A program made the translations under genes and the position numbers. The notes below the pieces were generated by a model. The model was given only the letters and a program-made list of their open reading frames with translations. It searched no databases and was not told the DNA's origin. 32,000 nucleotides of DNA, from positions 27,146-59,145 of the forward strand of contig URBG01000003.1 of NCBI GenBank assembly GCA_900546055.1, in the 5' to 3' direction. This DNA is from an uncultured Mycoplasmatota bacterium (GTDB taxonomy: Bacteria; Bacillota_I; Bacilli_A; RF39; UBA660). Below, piece by piece: positions 24,463-32,000 of the stretch; the stretch's first letter is position 1, and the number at the start of each line of letters is the position of its first letter.

Positions 24463-26145
24463 ATGAAAAAAGAGATAGTATCATTACCTTTTGAAAGGAA
24501 TTCTTTAGAGACAATTAAAAAACTAGAATATGGAAGTGATTGGCCCATTGTTTATATTATTTGTAATAATAAAGTAGCTTATGTTGGGGAGTCAACTAAT
24601 TTATTTAATCGAATGGATAGACATTTGCGTGATGATAAACGTTTAGGGTTAGAAGAAATATATATAATATTTGATGAACATTTTAATAAATCAGTTTGCT
24701 TGGATTTAGAGGCTTTTTTGATCAAACACATGGCGGCTGATGGTAAGTTTAAATTACAAAATGGTAATGATGGTTTAAAAAATCACAATTACTATCACCG
24801 TGATGTATATGATTCATTTTTTAAAAACATTTGGTCTCAATTAAGAAAAATAAATTTAGCTATAAATCCATTGATTACAATTGAAAATTCACAGTTTTTT
24901 AAATTTTCTCCATACAAAAAGCTTACCGTTGATCAATATATGGCAGCTTCTTCGATTTTAAATAATTTAATTTTAAGTATGCAAAACGGGACAAACTCGT
25001 CAACTATTGTAGTAGGTGGTGCTGGAACGGGAAAGACGGTTTTAGCAGTATATTTGATGAAGTTATTAAGTCATTGTCAAAACAATATTAGTATTGAAGA
25101 GGATCTTGATGATAATTTAGAACAAGTCGTGAGTAATAATGAAAGTTTTAGGAATTTAAAGATTTGTTTGGTTATACCTCAGACTGGATTAAGAGCAACA
25201 TTGAAAAAAGTGTTTACTTCTGATAAAGATCTAAAGGCAAAAATGGTAATTAGTCCAAGTGAAGCTACTAATGATTTTTATGATGTTATAATTGTTGATG
25301 AAGCTCATCGCCTTAAAAGAAATGTTCAACTTGTAAATAAAAATAATCATAATTTAGTTAATGAAAAATTAAATCTTTCACAAAACGGAACAGAGCTGGA
25401 TTGGGTAAGAAAATGTAGTAAATTTCAAATTTTATTTTATGATAAATGTCAAACTATTAAGCCTAGTGATGTTAGAACAGAAGATTTTGAATTGCTTTTT
25501 AATGATAAAAACAATTATACATGCCAATTGGATTCTCAACTAAGGTGCATGGGCGGTAATGATTATATTCAATATATTCGCGAAATTTTCAGTAATAAAA
25601 AGGGTCTTAAAAAACTAAAGTTTAAAGGATATAAATTCAAAATGTTTGATAATGTTGATAGGATGATTAAATCGATTACAGAGTTAGATAAGAAAAAAGG
25701 CTTGTGCAGAAATGTTGCTGGATACGCATGGAATTGGTCAACAAAAAATATGAAACATAGTGAAATTAAAAGTAAAAAAATGTTTGATATCGAAATAGAT
25801 GGCTATAAATATATATGGAATACGACTAAGGATTGGGTAAATTCAAAGAATTCAATTAAGGAAATCGGATGTATTCATACAATTCAAGGATATGATTTAA
25901 ATTATACTGGGGTTATCATTGGAAACGATTTAAAATATGACCCTAAAAAACAGGTTATTTATGTGGACAAAGATAATTATGCGGATACGTCAGGTAAGAG
26001 TTCTATAAAGAATTATGAGGAACTTTTTGACTATATTATTAATATATATTTAACTTTAATGACTAGGGGAATTTATGGAACATTTTTGTATGTTTGCGAT
26101 GTGAATCTTCGTGAATATTTAAAACAGTATATTGACGTAGTTTAA
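24463..26145 (+). CDS. GIY-YIG-like nuclease domain fused to a DUF2075 / Schlafen-type P-loop helicase
   Basis: N-terminus IVYIICNNKVAYVGESTNLFNRMDRH (GIY-YIG-like). Walker A GGAGTGKT and Walker B IIVDEAHRL. The C-terminal half (YAWNW..., IHTIQGYDLNYTGVIIG) is like DUF2075 proteins. Overlaps the MazG-like gene's 3' end. Confidence 0.75.
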   Translation: MKKEIVSLPFERNSLETIKKLEYGSDWPIVYIICNNKVAYVGESTNLFNRMDRHLRDDKRLGLEEIYIIFDEHFNKSVCLDLEAFLIKHMAADGKFKLQNGNDGLKNHNYYHRDVYDSFFKNIWSQLRKINLAINPLITIENSQFFKFSPYKKLTVDQYMAASSILNNLILSMQNGTNSSTIVVGGAGTGKTVLAVYLMKLLSHCQNNISIEEDLDDNLEQVVSNNESFRNLKICLVIPQTGLRATLKKVFTSDKDLKAKMVISPSEATNDFYDVIIVDEAHRLKRNVQLVNKNNHNLVNEKLNLSQNGTELDWVRKCSKFQILFYDKCQTIKPSDVRTEDFELLFNDKNNYTCQLDSQLRCMGGNDYIQYIREIFSNKKGLKKLKFKGYKFKMFDNVDRMIKSITELDKKKGLCRNVAGYAWNWSTKNMKHSEIKSKKMFDIEIDGYKYIWNTTKDWVNSKNSIKEIGCIHTIQGYDLNYTGVIIGNDLKYDPKKQVIYVDKDNYADTSGKSSIKNYEELFDYIINIYLTLMTRGIYGTFLYVCDVNLREYLKQYIDVV

Positions 26146-26152
26146 AGTATGT

Positions 26153-26183
26153 CTATGGAAATTTTTTTCCATAGTTTTCTTTT
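26153..26183 (+). terminator. Rho-independent terminator
   Basis: CTATGGAAA-TTTT-TTTCCATAG hairpin followed by TTTTCTTTT. Confidence 0.6.
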
Positions 26184-26226
26184 GTTAAAAAAATATTCGT
26201 GTTATACTTAATATAGGTGGTATGTT

Positions 26227-26754
26227 ATGATTGAACATATAAATAATAACGATTTAGTAATTGCTCCTTTGAATATAAAGAATCAAATATTAAAGGAAAT
26301 GTCCAATAAAAAGTTGATTTTGAATATCAACTTTATGACGCTAAAGGAATTTAAAGATAATTATTTTGGGAGTTATAAACCGGGCGCTATTTATTACTTG
26401 ATGAAAAAGCATAAGCTTAAATATGAAATCGCCCTTACATATTTAAATAATATTTTTTATGGCTATGATTTATTAAAACAATATTATGAAGAGTTAAAGG
26501 GACATAATTTAATTCAAAAAAATGAGCTATTTAAGAAATCTTTAGATAATATTGTTGTTATTGGTTACGAGGCTTTAGATGGATATTTAAGAGACACATT
26601 GGCTCAGTATAATGTAAGATATGTTTTAATGCCTGATGGTGATTATAAGCCTAAAGTGTATGGGTTTGATAAACAGGTTGATGAAATTGTCTATATTGCT
26701 TCTGACATTAGAGAAAAATTGAAAACGGTTGATATAAATAATATTTATTTTTGA
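26227..26754 (+). CDS. Hypothetical 175-aa protein, possibly the N-terminal stub of a much longer AddB/RexB-like (PD-(D/E)XK) gene
   Basis: The ORF ends exactly where base composition changes. The N-terminal pattern (LVIAPLNIKNQILKE...INFMTLKEF) is reminiscent of AddB/RexB N-termini. The assignment is weak. Confidence 0.4.
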   Translation: MIEHINNNDLVIAPLNIKNQILKEMSNKKLILNINFMTLKEFKDNYFGSYKPGAIYYLMKKHKLKYEIALTYLNNIFYGYDLLKQYYEELKGHNLIQKNELFKKSLDNIVVIGYEALDGYLRDTLAQYNVRYVLMPDGDYKPKVYGFDKQVDEIVYIASDIREKLKTVDINNIYF

Positions 26755-26861
26755 TATTTTCAGTATCAACAAGCAGTAATAACTCTTGTGTTTTGTATAA
26801 CTTTTATTTTTCAAACACGCTCTAGTATTACTTCGTTTATATTATTATATTCTTTTGATAA

Positions 26862-27854
26862 TTAGTCTTCGAATCTGCGTCTTCTTACAATGAATACTGC
26901 TGCGATTGCTAATACGCCTGCGAATACTAAGATATATGGAAGGTTGTCTAAGTAAACGCCTGTATCGATGTCGCCAGTTTTAGTGTTTGTGAATGCTGCT
27001 GTTTTAGCTTCTGCATCCATAGTACCTTCCTGACCCGTTGCATTCATTGTATAATCTGAAGGAGTTGCTTCTTCTACTTTGTAACTAACACCTGCTGGCA
27101 AGTTCTCAATTGTGATTGTATCACCATGTTTTAATTTGAATGTTGTTGTTCCACTGATTGCAACATTTTCCTTTTTTCCACTTTTATCGGAACCACCTGT
27201 TATTGTAGCCGGAAGAGAGTATTCTTCTCCTTCTTTTCCTGTTAATGTTACTGTGAAATCGAAATATTTAGATTTATCACCAAGATTACCTGCTACTGTT
27301 TTACTAATACTAAGTTTATTAGCTGTATAAGTATTGTTGAATGCAGCTTCATTATCAGCAAGTTTCTTTCCAGCTTTTGTAAAGCTAACTGCTGCAATCT
27401 CAATAGTACCATTATTGTCAACAGCAGTAACTTTCATTGTAACTGATTTGCTATCATAAGCAACACCTGCTGTTGTACCTGTTTTTTCTGTAATTATATA
27501 GGAATATACACCTACACTTGTATAAGTTGGTAATGCTACTGTAACCTCTTTCTTATTACCTGCTGTTGTTGCTCCATTCTGAGCATAAGCAGCTGTTCCT
27601 ACAGTTGGCATGTCCTGTTTTTCTGCATCCACACCACCATTTTCTACTCCTGCTTTTGCAATATTAAACTCAAATGTTTCTGCAGGTGAAATTCCCTCTC
27701 CAACTAATTTATACTCTTTTTCAAATGTAACTGTTCCTCCATTCGCAGGTGTCTGAACTTTTTCTGCTGTCTCTGTTGCAAACGCCGTTGCACTTAACCC
27801 AAGCATCATTGTCAGTGCTAATAAACATGCAAATAGTCGTTTTACTCTTTTCAT
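26862..27854 (-). CDS. Cell-surface isopeptide-domain (FctA/Spy0128-like) pilin-type protein
   Basis: Signal peptide MKRVKRLFACLLALTMMLGLSATAFA. Pilin-domain signature AFNNTYTANKLSISKTVAGNLGDKSKYFDFTVTL. C-terminus DIDTGV...hydrophobic helix...RRRRF, a sorting-signal-like tail. Confidence 0.75.
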   Translation of the reverse strand: MKRVKRLFACLLALTMMLGLSATAFATETAEKVQTPANGGTVTFEKEYKLVGEGISPAETFEFNIAKAGVENGGVDAEKQDMPTVGTAAYAQNGATTAGNKKEVTVALPTYTSVGVYSYIITEKTGTTAGVAYDSKSVTMKVTAVDNNGTIEIAAVSFTKAGKKLADNEAAFNNTYTANKLSISKTVAGNLGDKSKYFDFTVTLTGKEGEEYSLPATITGGSDKSGKKENVAISGTTTFKLKHGDTITIENLPAGVSYKVEEATPSDYTMNATGQEGTMDAEAKTAAFTNTKTGDIDTGVYLDNLPYILVFAGVLAIAAVFIVRRRRFED

Positions 27855-27934
27855 AATGTTTCCTCCTTAATATAATAAGTAAATTTGTTATTTCTAAACC
27901 CCTTTCGGTAGTTTATTCAAGATAGATAGTTTAT

Positions 27935-28486
27935 TTAGAGTTCCCGCCTGCGGAGTACTGTAATGACTTTGGCCTTTACATCCTCCATTTTAATTGGGCC
28001 GTAATCGCGGCTGTCTTTTGTCTGTGTCCTGTAATCTCCTAATAGAAAGACACAGCCTTTAGGCACTCTATATGGATATTTTTTTATTCCTTTTTTTGCA
28101 TATGTAGGAAATGCGATTTCTCCTGTTTGGGGAGTTCCATTGACAAGAAGTTGCCCGGTGTCATCTATGGTAATGACATCTGTTTCTTGTCCCAGTATTC
28201 TTCCTACCTGCAGTTTCCCATTTGCCTTGTATACAACAACATCATTTTTCAGGAAATTTCTCTGTAAACGGAATCCTATAAGCAGGTCACCGCCTTTGAT
28301 TGCCGGGAACATTCCATTGTCCGGCGCTCTCATAAGTAAAAATCCCTGTGTGAATAATAATCCGCCGCATACGATTACTAATATGATTCTTGCGAGTAGC
28401 TGTATGTAACCATTTCTGGTCTCTGCTTCTCTTCTTCGTCTGCGGATTATTTTGGAACAGCTCATATTTTTTGCAGTCCGCATCAC
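27935..28486 (-). CDS. S26 signal-peptidase-I homologue, apparently missing the Ser/Lys dyad
   Basis: N-terminal TM helix, then DNGMFPAIKGGDLL (cf. GDSMxPTLxxGD), VVVYKANGKLQVGRILG (cf. ...KRIIG) and LLGDYRTQTKDSRDYGPI (cf. GDNRxxSxDSR). Confidence 0.7.
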   Translation of the reverse strand: MMRTAKNMSCSKIIRRRRREAETRNGYIQLLARIILVIVCGGLLFTQGFLLMRAPDNGMFPAIKGGDLLIGFRLQRNFLKNDVVVYKANGKLQVGRILGQETDVITIDDTGQLLVNGTPQTGEIAFPTYAKKGIKKYPYRVPKGCVFLLGDYRTQTKDSRDYGPIKMEDVKAKVITVLRRREL

Positions 28487-28911
28487 CTCCGCACCTCATT
28501 TCTGGTTTCTGGTGGCACTTCATTTTCTGTATTGTCCATCTCAGTCTGCTCTGTCGTGCCCTCATTTTTCATCAGTTCTTGTTTATATTTATAAATCTGG
28601 GATTCATATGTTTTTTCATGGTCTGTCAGCAAAATGTTATATCTTTCCCGCTCTGCCCGAATCGCAGATTCATAAAGCTGGTTCAGCTCCTGGAGCTTCT
28701 TCCAGACATCATTCTCATCCACGCCTCCAAATAGCGTCCTGCGGAACTTTACTGTCTGAAACCACTTGATTATTTCTTTATGTTCCTGATTTATTACCTC
28801 TGTAGAAGTACTCTTTTTTGTGTTTGGCAAAACTTCTCTTCCTTTATTTTTTGCTTTGCGCCCTCTATTTAATTTAGCCTCTCTTTTATGTCTTTCTGCC
28901 ATCGCTGTCAC
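28483..28911 (-). CDS. Hypothetical coiled-coil protein (DivIVA-like N-terminal motif?)
   Basis: 142 aa: a basic N-terminus, then FRRTLFGGVDENDVWKKLQELNQLYE followed by a coiled-coil. Preferred over the overlapping plus-strand ORFs, which are low-complexity. Confidence 0.5.
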   Translation of the reverse strand: MTAMAERHKREAKLNRGRKAKNKGREVLPNTKKSTSTEVINQEHKEIIKWFQTVKFRRTLFGGVDENDVWKKLQELNQLYESAIRAERERYNILLTDHEKTYESQIYKYKQELMKNEGTTEQTEMDNTENEVPPETRNEVRR

Positions 28912-28914
28912 CTT

Positions 28915-29835
28915 TTAAACAAAGCGCTTTTTATATCTGCAAAACAGGTAAAAGATTCCTCCTGCAATGCTAAGAGCAAGTAATGCGATAAATGGAAGAG
29001 AATCTAAGGTAATTCCTGTGTCTGGGATGGCTTCTTTATTATTTGTAAATACAATCTCATGTGCACTTACATCATTTTTCGCCTGTATATTGGATATATT
29101 GGCCTTTATTTCTAGCGCACTGTTTCCATTATCAATAACGTAAGAAGTTGTATATCCGCTTCCTGAATAATCCTCTTCTGTAATACTGACATCCGCCCCG
29201 ACAGGAATTTCTGTTAAAGTACTTTCCTCATCATTTGCTAAATCCACTGTTGCGGAACCTGTTTTAGAAGTATTACCAACTTTAAATGTTACATTTTTAT
29301 TTTCCTTTTCTATAGAAATAGTAAAGTGGAATTTCTTTTGCTTATCTCCCATACTTCCTGTTACCAGTTTTTTAAGTTTAATGGACGTGGTAGTTGGACT
29401 GTAGTGGGCGTAAAAGTTTACTGTACCATTTGCCAGTTCATCAGCTGATGGGATATAATTATTCCATCTATTATCTGCAATTTTTGTACTGCCGTAAGCT
29501 CCACCCTCGGCATTCTCTGGGTACCAGCCATCAAGGACATAGGTAACACCATTTACTGTTTTTGTAGAACCGATTGTTGCTTTTGTTGTTCTAGCAACAG
29601 GATTTCCTGTTAAATAATTTTTCGCATCAATCTGTCTATATTCACTACTCTCTCCTGGCTCCTTCACCCAAAACTTTGCAGTAAAAACTTTTGTGCTTTT
29701 AATACTGAGCGCACAGTCGATGTGATATGGGTGAGTTCCACCATTATCTCTTGAAATTTTACGTGGAGTTAATGTTATTTCCTTAATGTCTGATTGCTGT
29801 AATTGATCTGCTCCAATTCCTAAATCAGCTGCCAC
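28915..29835 (-). CDS. Second isopeptide-domain pilin-type surface protein, apparently 5'-truncated (no signal peptide)
   Basis: LKLKKLVTGSMGDKQKKFHFTISI pilin-domain signature and an IPDTGI...TM...RYKKRF tail. The frame stays open about 80 nt upstream of the GTG at 29835 with no ATG and no signal peptide. Confidence 0.55.
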   Translation of the reverse strand: MAADLGIGADQLQQSDIKEITLTPRKISRDNGGTHPYHIDCALSIKSTKVFTAKFWVKEPGESSEYRQIDAKNYLTGNPVARTTKATIGSTKTVNGVTYVLDGWYPENAEGGAYGSTKIADNRWNNYIPSADELANGTVNFYAHYSPTTTSIKLKKLVTGSMGDKQKKFHFTISIEKENKNVTFKVGNTSKTGSATVDLANDEESTLTEIPVGADVSITEEDYSGSGYTTSYVIDNGNSALEIKANISNIQAKNDVSAHEIVFTNNKEAIPDTGITLDSLPFIALLALSIAGGIFYLFCRYKKRFV

Positions 29836-30004
29836 TGAAGATTTATACTTATCCCATATAGAATTTCTAGTAAATTTTATATCCGATTTTTGATTATCCG
29901 CATGAACACTATACTTTCAAACATTTTGAAGTATAGAAAAACACTCATTTTACCACGAATTTACCACGATTGAATGAGCCTTGATATGACACAAAAAATA
30001 ACAT

Positions 30005-30035
30005 GGGAGATAGCACAAACATCTGTGTATCTCCC
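30005..30035 (-). terminator. Terminator-like hairpin downstream of the HTH gene
   Basis: GGGAGATA...TATCTCCC 8-bp stem with T-rich sequence on both sides. Confidence 0.45.
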
Positions 30036-30057
30036 GTTTTTCATTCATGTAATATGA

Positions 30058-30297
30058 TTACTTCACTCTGATTTCAAATTTCAAGATTGCTTTCATCATT
30101 TCTGTATGAATTTGACCTTTTAGTTCTTCATCAACCTGCATAGTGATTTTACCACTTTCAGAGTGGTAAAACGGACGCAAGCATAACTTGCAAATATAAG
30201 CGTCATAAAATTTCAAAATCTCTCTTATGGCAGTTTCGCTTCCAGCAGACGCTTGACATATTACTTTTAATGTAGGGTAACCATATTCTTTTTTCAT
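30058..30297 (-). CDS. Small helix-turn-helix protein of the conjugative-transposon regulatory pair (Tn916 orf8-like)
   Basis: 79 aa, located 4 nt downstream of the sigma-factor gene. ...SETAIREILKFYDAYICKL... is typical of this family as I remember it. Confidence 0.55.
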   Translation of the reverse strand: MKKEYGYPTLKVICQASAGSETAIREILKFYDAYICKLCLRPFYHSESGKITMQVDEELKGQIHTEMMKAILKFEIRVK

Positions 30298-30301
30298 TGG
30301 T

Positions 30302-30721
30302 TCAATTCCTTTCTTTCAATACTATTTTTAATTTCTTCAATCCATTACTTTTTCTGCGATAAATAGCAGAACGTGATACATGGTATAATTCTGCGATTTC
30401 TTGGTCGCTCATGCTTTGGAAATAGCGTAATAGAATTACATCACGCTCCTTACTCGATAACTTATATAAAGCAACAGCAAGTTTCTCATTTGATATTTGG
30501 ATTGTATAATTCAAGACTTTAAAAGAAATGCAATCACAGGAATAGTTATCTATTGTTCCACGCTCTGATAATTTGGTATCTGATAATTCACAGAATAAAA
30601 TTTCACGTTTGGAACGTCTTACAAACTGTCTGTTTCTGCTTTTTACTGTGCATTTAATAACAGTCATCATCAAAGCATTAAATTGTATTCTAACGATATG
30701 CTCGAAAGAAGATGTGTCCAT
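30302..30721 (-). CDS. Sigma-70 family (ECF-like, Tn916 orf7-like) RNA polymerase sigma factor
   Basis: Region 4 HTH: LSSKERDVILLRYFQSMSDQEIAELYHVSRSAIYRRKSNGLKKLK. ATG 30721 (MDTSSFEH) follows an AAGGGGGTGA RBS; the track's longer N-terminus is unlikely. Confidence 0.8.
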   Translation of the reverse strand: MDTSSFEHIVRIQFNALMMTVIKCTVKSRNRQFVRRSKREILFCELSDTKLSERGTIDNYSCDCISFKVLNYTIQISNEKLAVALYKLSSKERDVILLRYFQSMSDQEIAELYHVSRSAIYRRKSNGLKKLKIVLKERN

Positions 30722-31215
30722 AGTTTCACCCCCTTTCCGCATAATCTGAAATATATAAACGGAAATGCCGTCTATACCTTTGGAAAACACAGAAAAGAGA
30801 GTAAAAAAAGCCCGCACAAAATATGAATTTTGTACGAGCTACTGTTATAGCGTATTTAATTGTAGATAGTATGCTTTTAAATTGGACTTGAATATATTGA
30901 ATTGTGCATAAAGCGTCGCCCCCTTTACCGCAACTTTATGAGTTTATTTCAGTTTTTGACAATATTGAACAAAGTACCGAATATTCTTTCTTCCTATTGT
31001 TATAATTATATGTTTTTCGGCTTCTAATAACTTTTTTGTTCTTCAATTCCATTTGGATATTTTGAATTTAATTCTCCATTAGTTTTTAAAGTATGCCAAT
31101 ATGGAGTTTTATCTTTGTCATGCTGAAAGCTAGCCCAATCTACGATTGAAACAAAAATACCTGCTGTAATCGGTTCGGTAAAATCAGCATCATATTTCTG
31201 AGTTTACTATTTCTT

Positions 31216-31986
31216 TTATAAATCCATTTTCTCAATCTTGCGAATACCAATGTGGGTAAATAATATTCCTGCACAAATAAAATAAAGGAAAAAAATCATT
31301 GTGGTGAGTGCGATTTGTGAGCTATTTGAAGAAGCTACACCTATGTAATGTAATGGCGAGAGATATTTTATAACGTCTATATAAGACATCAAATTCATTA
31401 TGATATATAGAATCATATACACGCCTACACATACAAGTGTCTTCAACCTTGTTGCCATTAGCATTACAAGAAAAATCGTTATAAGCCAAAATATACAATT
31501 ACAAATAATTTGAGCGACTTCCATACCTACATTACTATCATAGAATATGCCACTTGCAACTTTTGGATTATGAACAAGCACAGCATAATAAAATACGATA
31601 CTCGTTAAAACCAGTAGAATATCTATGAATACCGAAAAAATCAACAATGCTAATTCCTTGCCTTCATAAATCAATTTTCGGATACCAATACGATTTATGT
31701 ATAAGCGAATACTCTTATTCTCAATTTCTGACGCCAAACTTCTTCCAATGATTGCAGATAAAATCACATTGAAAATGAACATAGACTGACTCATCTGAAA
31801 CATTGCACTGGCAAAGCCTATGGCTGTTATATTACCTGTACCTGTATATGTAATAACCTCTGAGTTAGCGGCTAAGCCCACAGAATATAAAATTGGCACA
31901 AGCAAAACGGTAAACATGAGCCATGAATCTTTTCTTTGGAATAGTTTTTTTAATTCTATTTTAGTGATGGTTGCAAAAGTGTTCAT
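31216..31986 (-). CDS. ABC-2-type transporter permease (6 TM)
   Basis: 256 aa with six hydrophobic helices in the ABC-2 / lantibiotic-immunity permease layout. GGAGGG RBS at the window edge. The partner ATPase presumably lies beyond 32000. Confidence 0.55.
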   Translation of the reverse strand: MNTFATITKIELKKLFQRKDSWLMFTVLLVPILYSVGLAANSEVITYTGTGNITAIGFASAMFQMSQSMFIFNVILSAIIGRSLASEIENKSIRLYINRIGIRKLIYEGKELALLIFSVFIDILLVLTSIVFYYAVLVHNPKVASGIFYDSNVGMEVAQIICNCIFWLITIFLVMLMATRLKTLVCVGVYMILYIIMNLMSYIDVIKYLSPLHYIGVASSNSSQIALTTMIFFLYFICAGILFTHIGIRKIEKMDL

Positions 31987-32000
31987 TCTTATCCCTCCAT

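Noticed and set aside
28287-28769. Three overlapping ORFs (28287-28565 minus, 28390-28734 plus, 28452-28769 plus) in the higher-GC block
   Set aside because: They overlap the S26-like and coiled-coil genes, have Cys/Phe/Ser-rich nonsense-like composition, and lack RBSs. They are a by-product of higher GC reducing the frequency of stop codons.

Overview
This is a low-GC Firmicute chromosomal segment. A cotJ operon indicates a spore-former, and the gene content looks Erysipelotrichia- or Clostridia-like.

Bases 1-17000 are mostly housekeeping or ordinary accessory genes:
- an M18 aminopeptidase tail, a TagO/WecA-type transferase, a DUF421 protein, a NUDIX hydrolase, a CaCA antiporter and a secreted thermonuclease
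- a MacB/FtsX-type ABC transporter with its OmpR/HK two-component system
- an XRE regulator, typA/bipA and cotJ(A-B fusion)-cotJC

One exception in this stretch is a perfect G15 tract. It lies exactly in the spacer of a TTGACA/TATACT promoter, upstream of an unusual 575-aa cytoplasmic protein.

An accessory island begins after tRNA-His (17066-17142). Its centrepiece is a complete diversity-generating retroelement (DGR):
- an Avd-like ORF, a 77-nt template repeat (TR, 18741-18817) and a DGR-type reverse transcriptase (19035-20051)
- a variable repeat (VR, 20343-20419) that differs from the TR at 13 positions, every one an adenine in the TR

The VR is not at the C-terminus of a surface protein. 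It lies in the N-terminal ~100 aa of a signal-peptide-less protein whose body is a MoxR/AAA_5-type ATPase. That gene is translationally coupled to a degenerate AAA-like ORF, and a metallopeptidase(HExxH)-VWA (DUF2201-type) protein follows.

I read this as a candidate DGR-diversified, NTPase-driven intracellular recognition or conflict system. It is the most interesting thing in the window. A MazG-like plus GIY-YIG/DUF2075 helicase operon follows directly.

From about 26.76 kb the composition rises visibly to about 40-48% GC in sampled lines. This block is ICE/Tn916-like cargo:
- a sigma-70/HTH regulatory pair
- two isopeptide-pilin-like surface proteins
- an S26 peptidase homologue that appears to lack both catalytic residues

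It abuts an apparently truncated host gene. All domain names come from motif recognition by eye and memory; no database search was possible.
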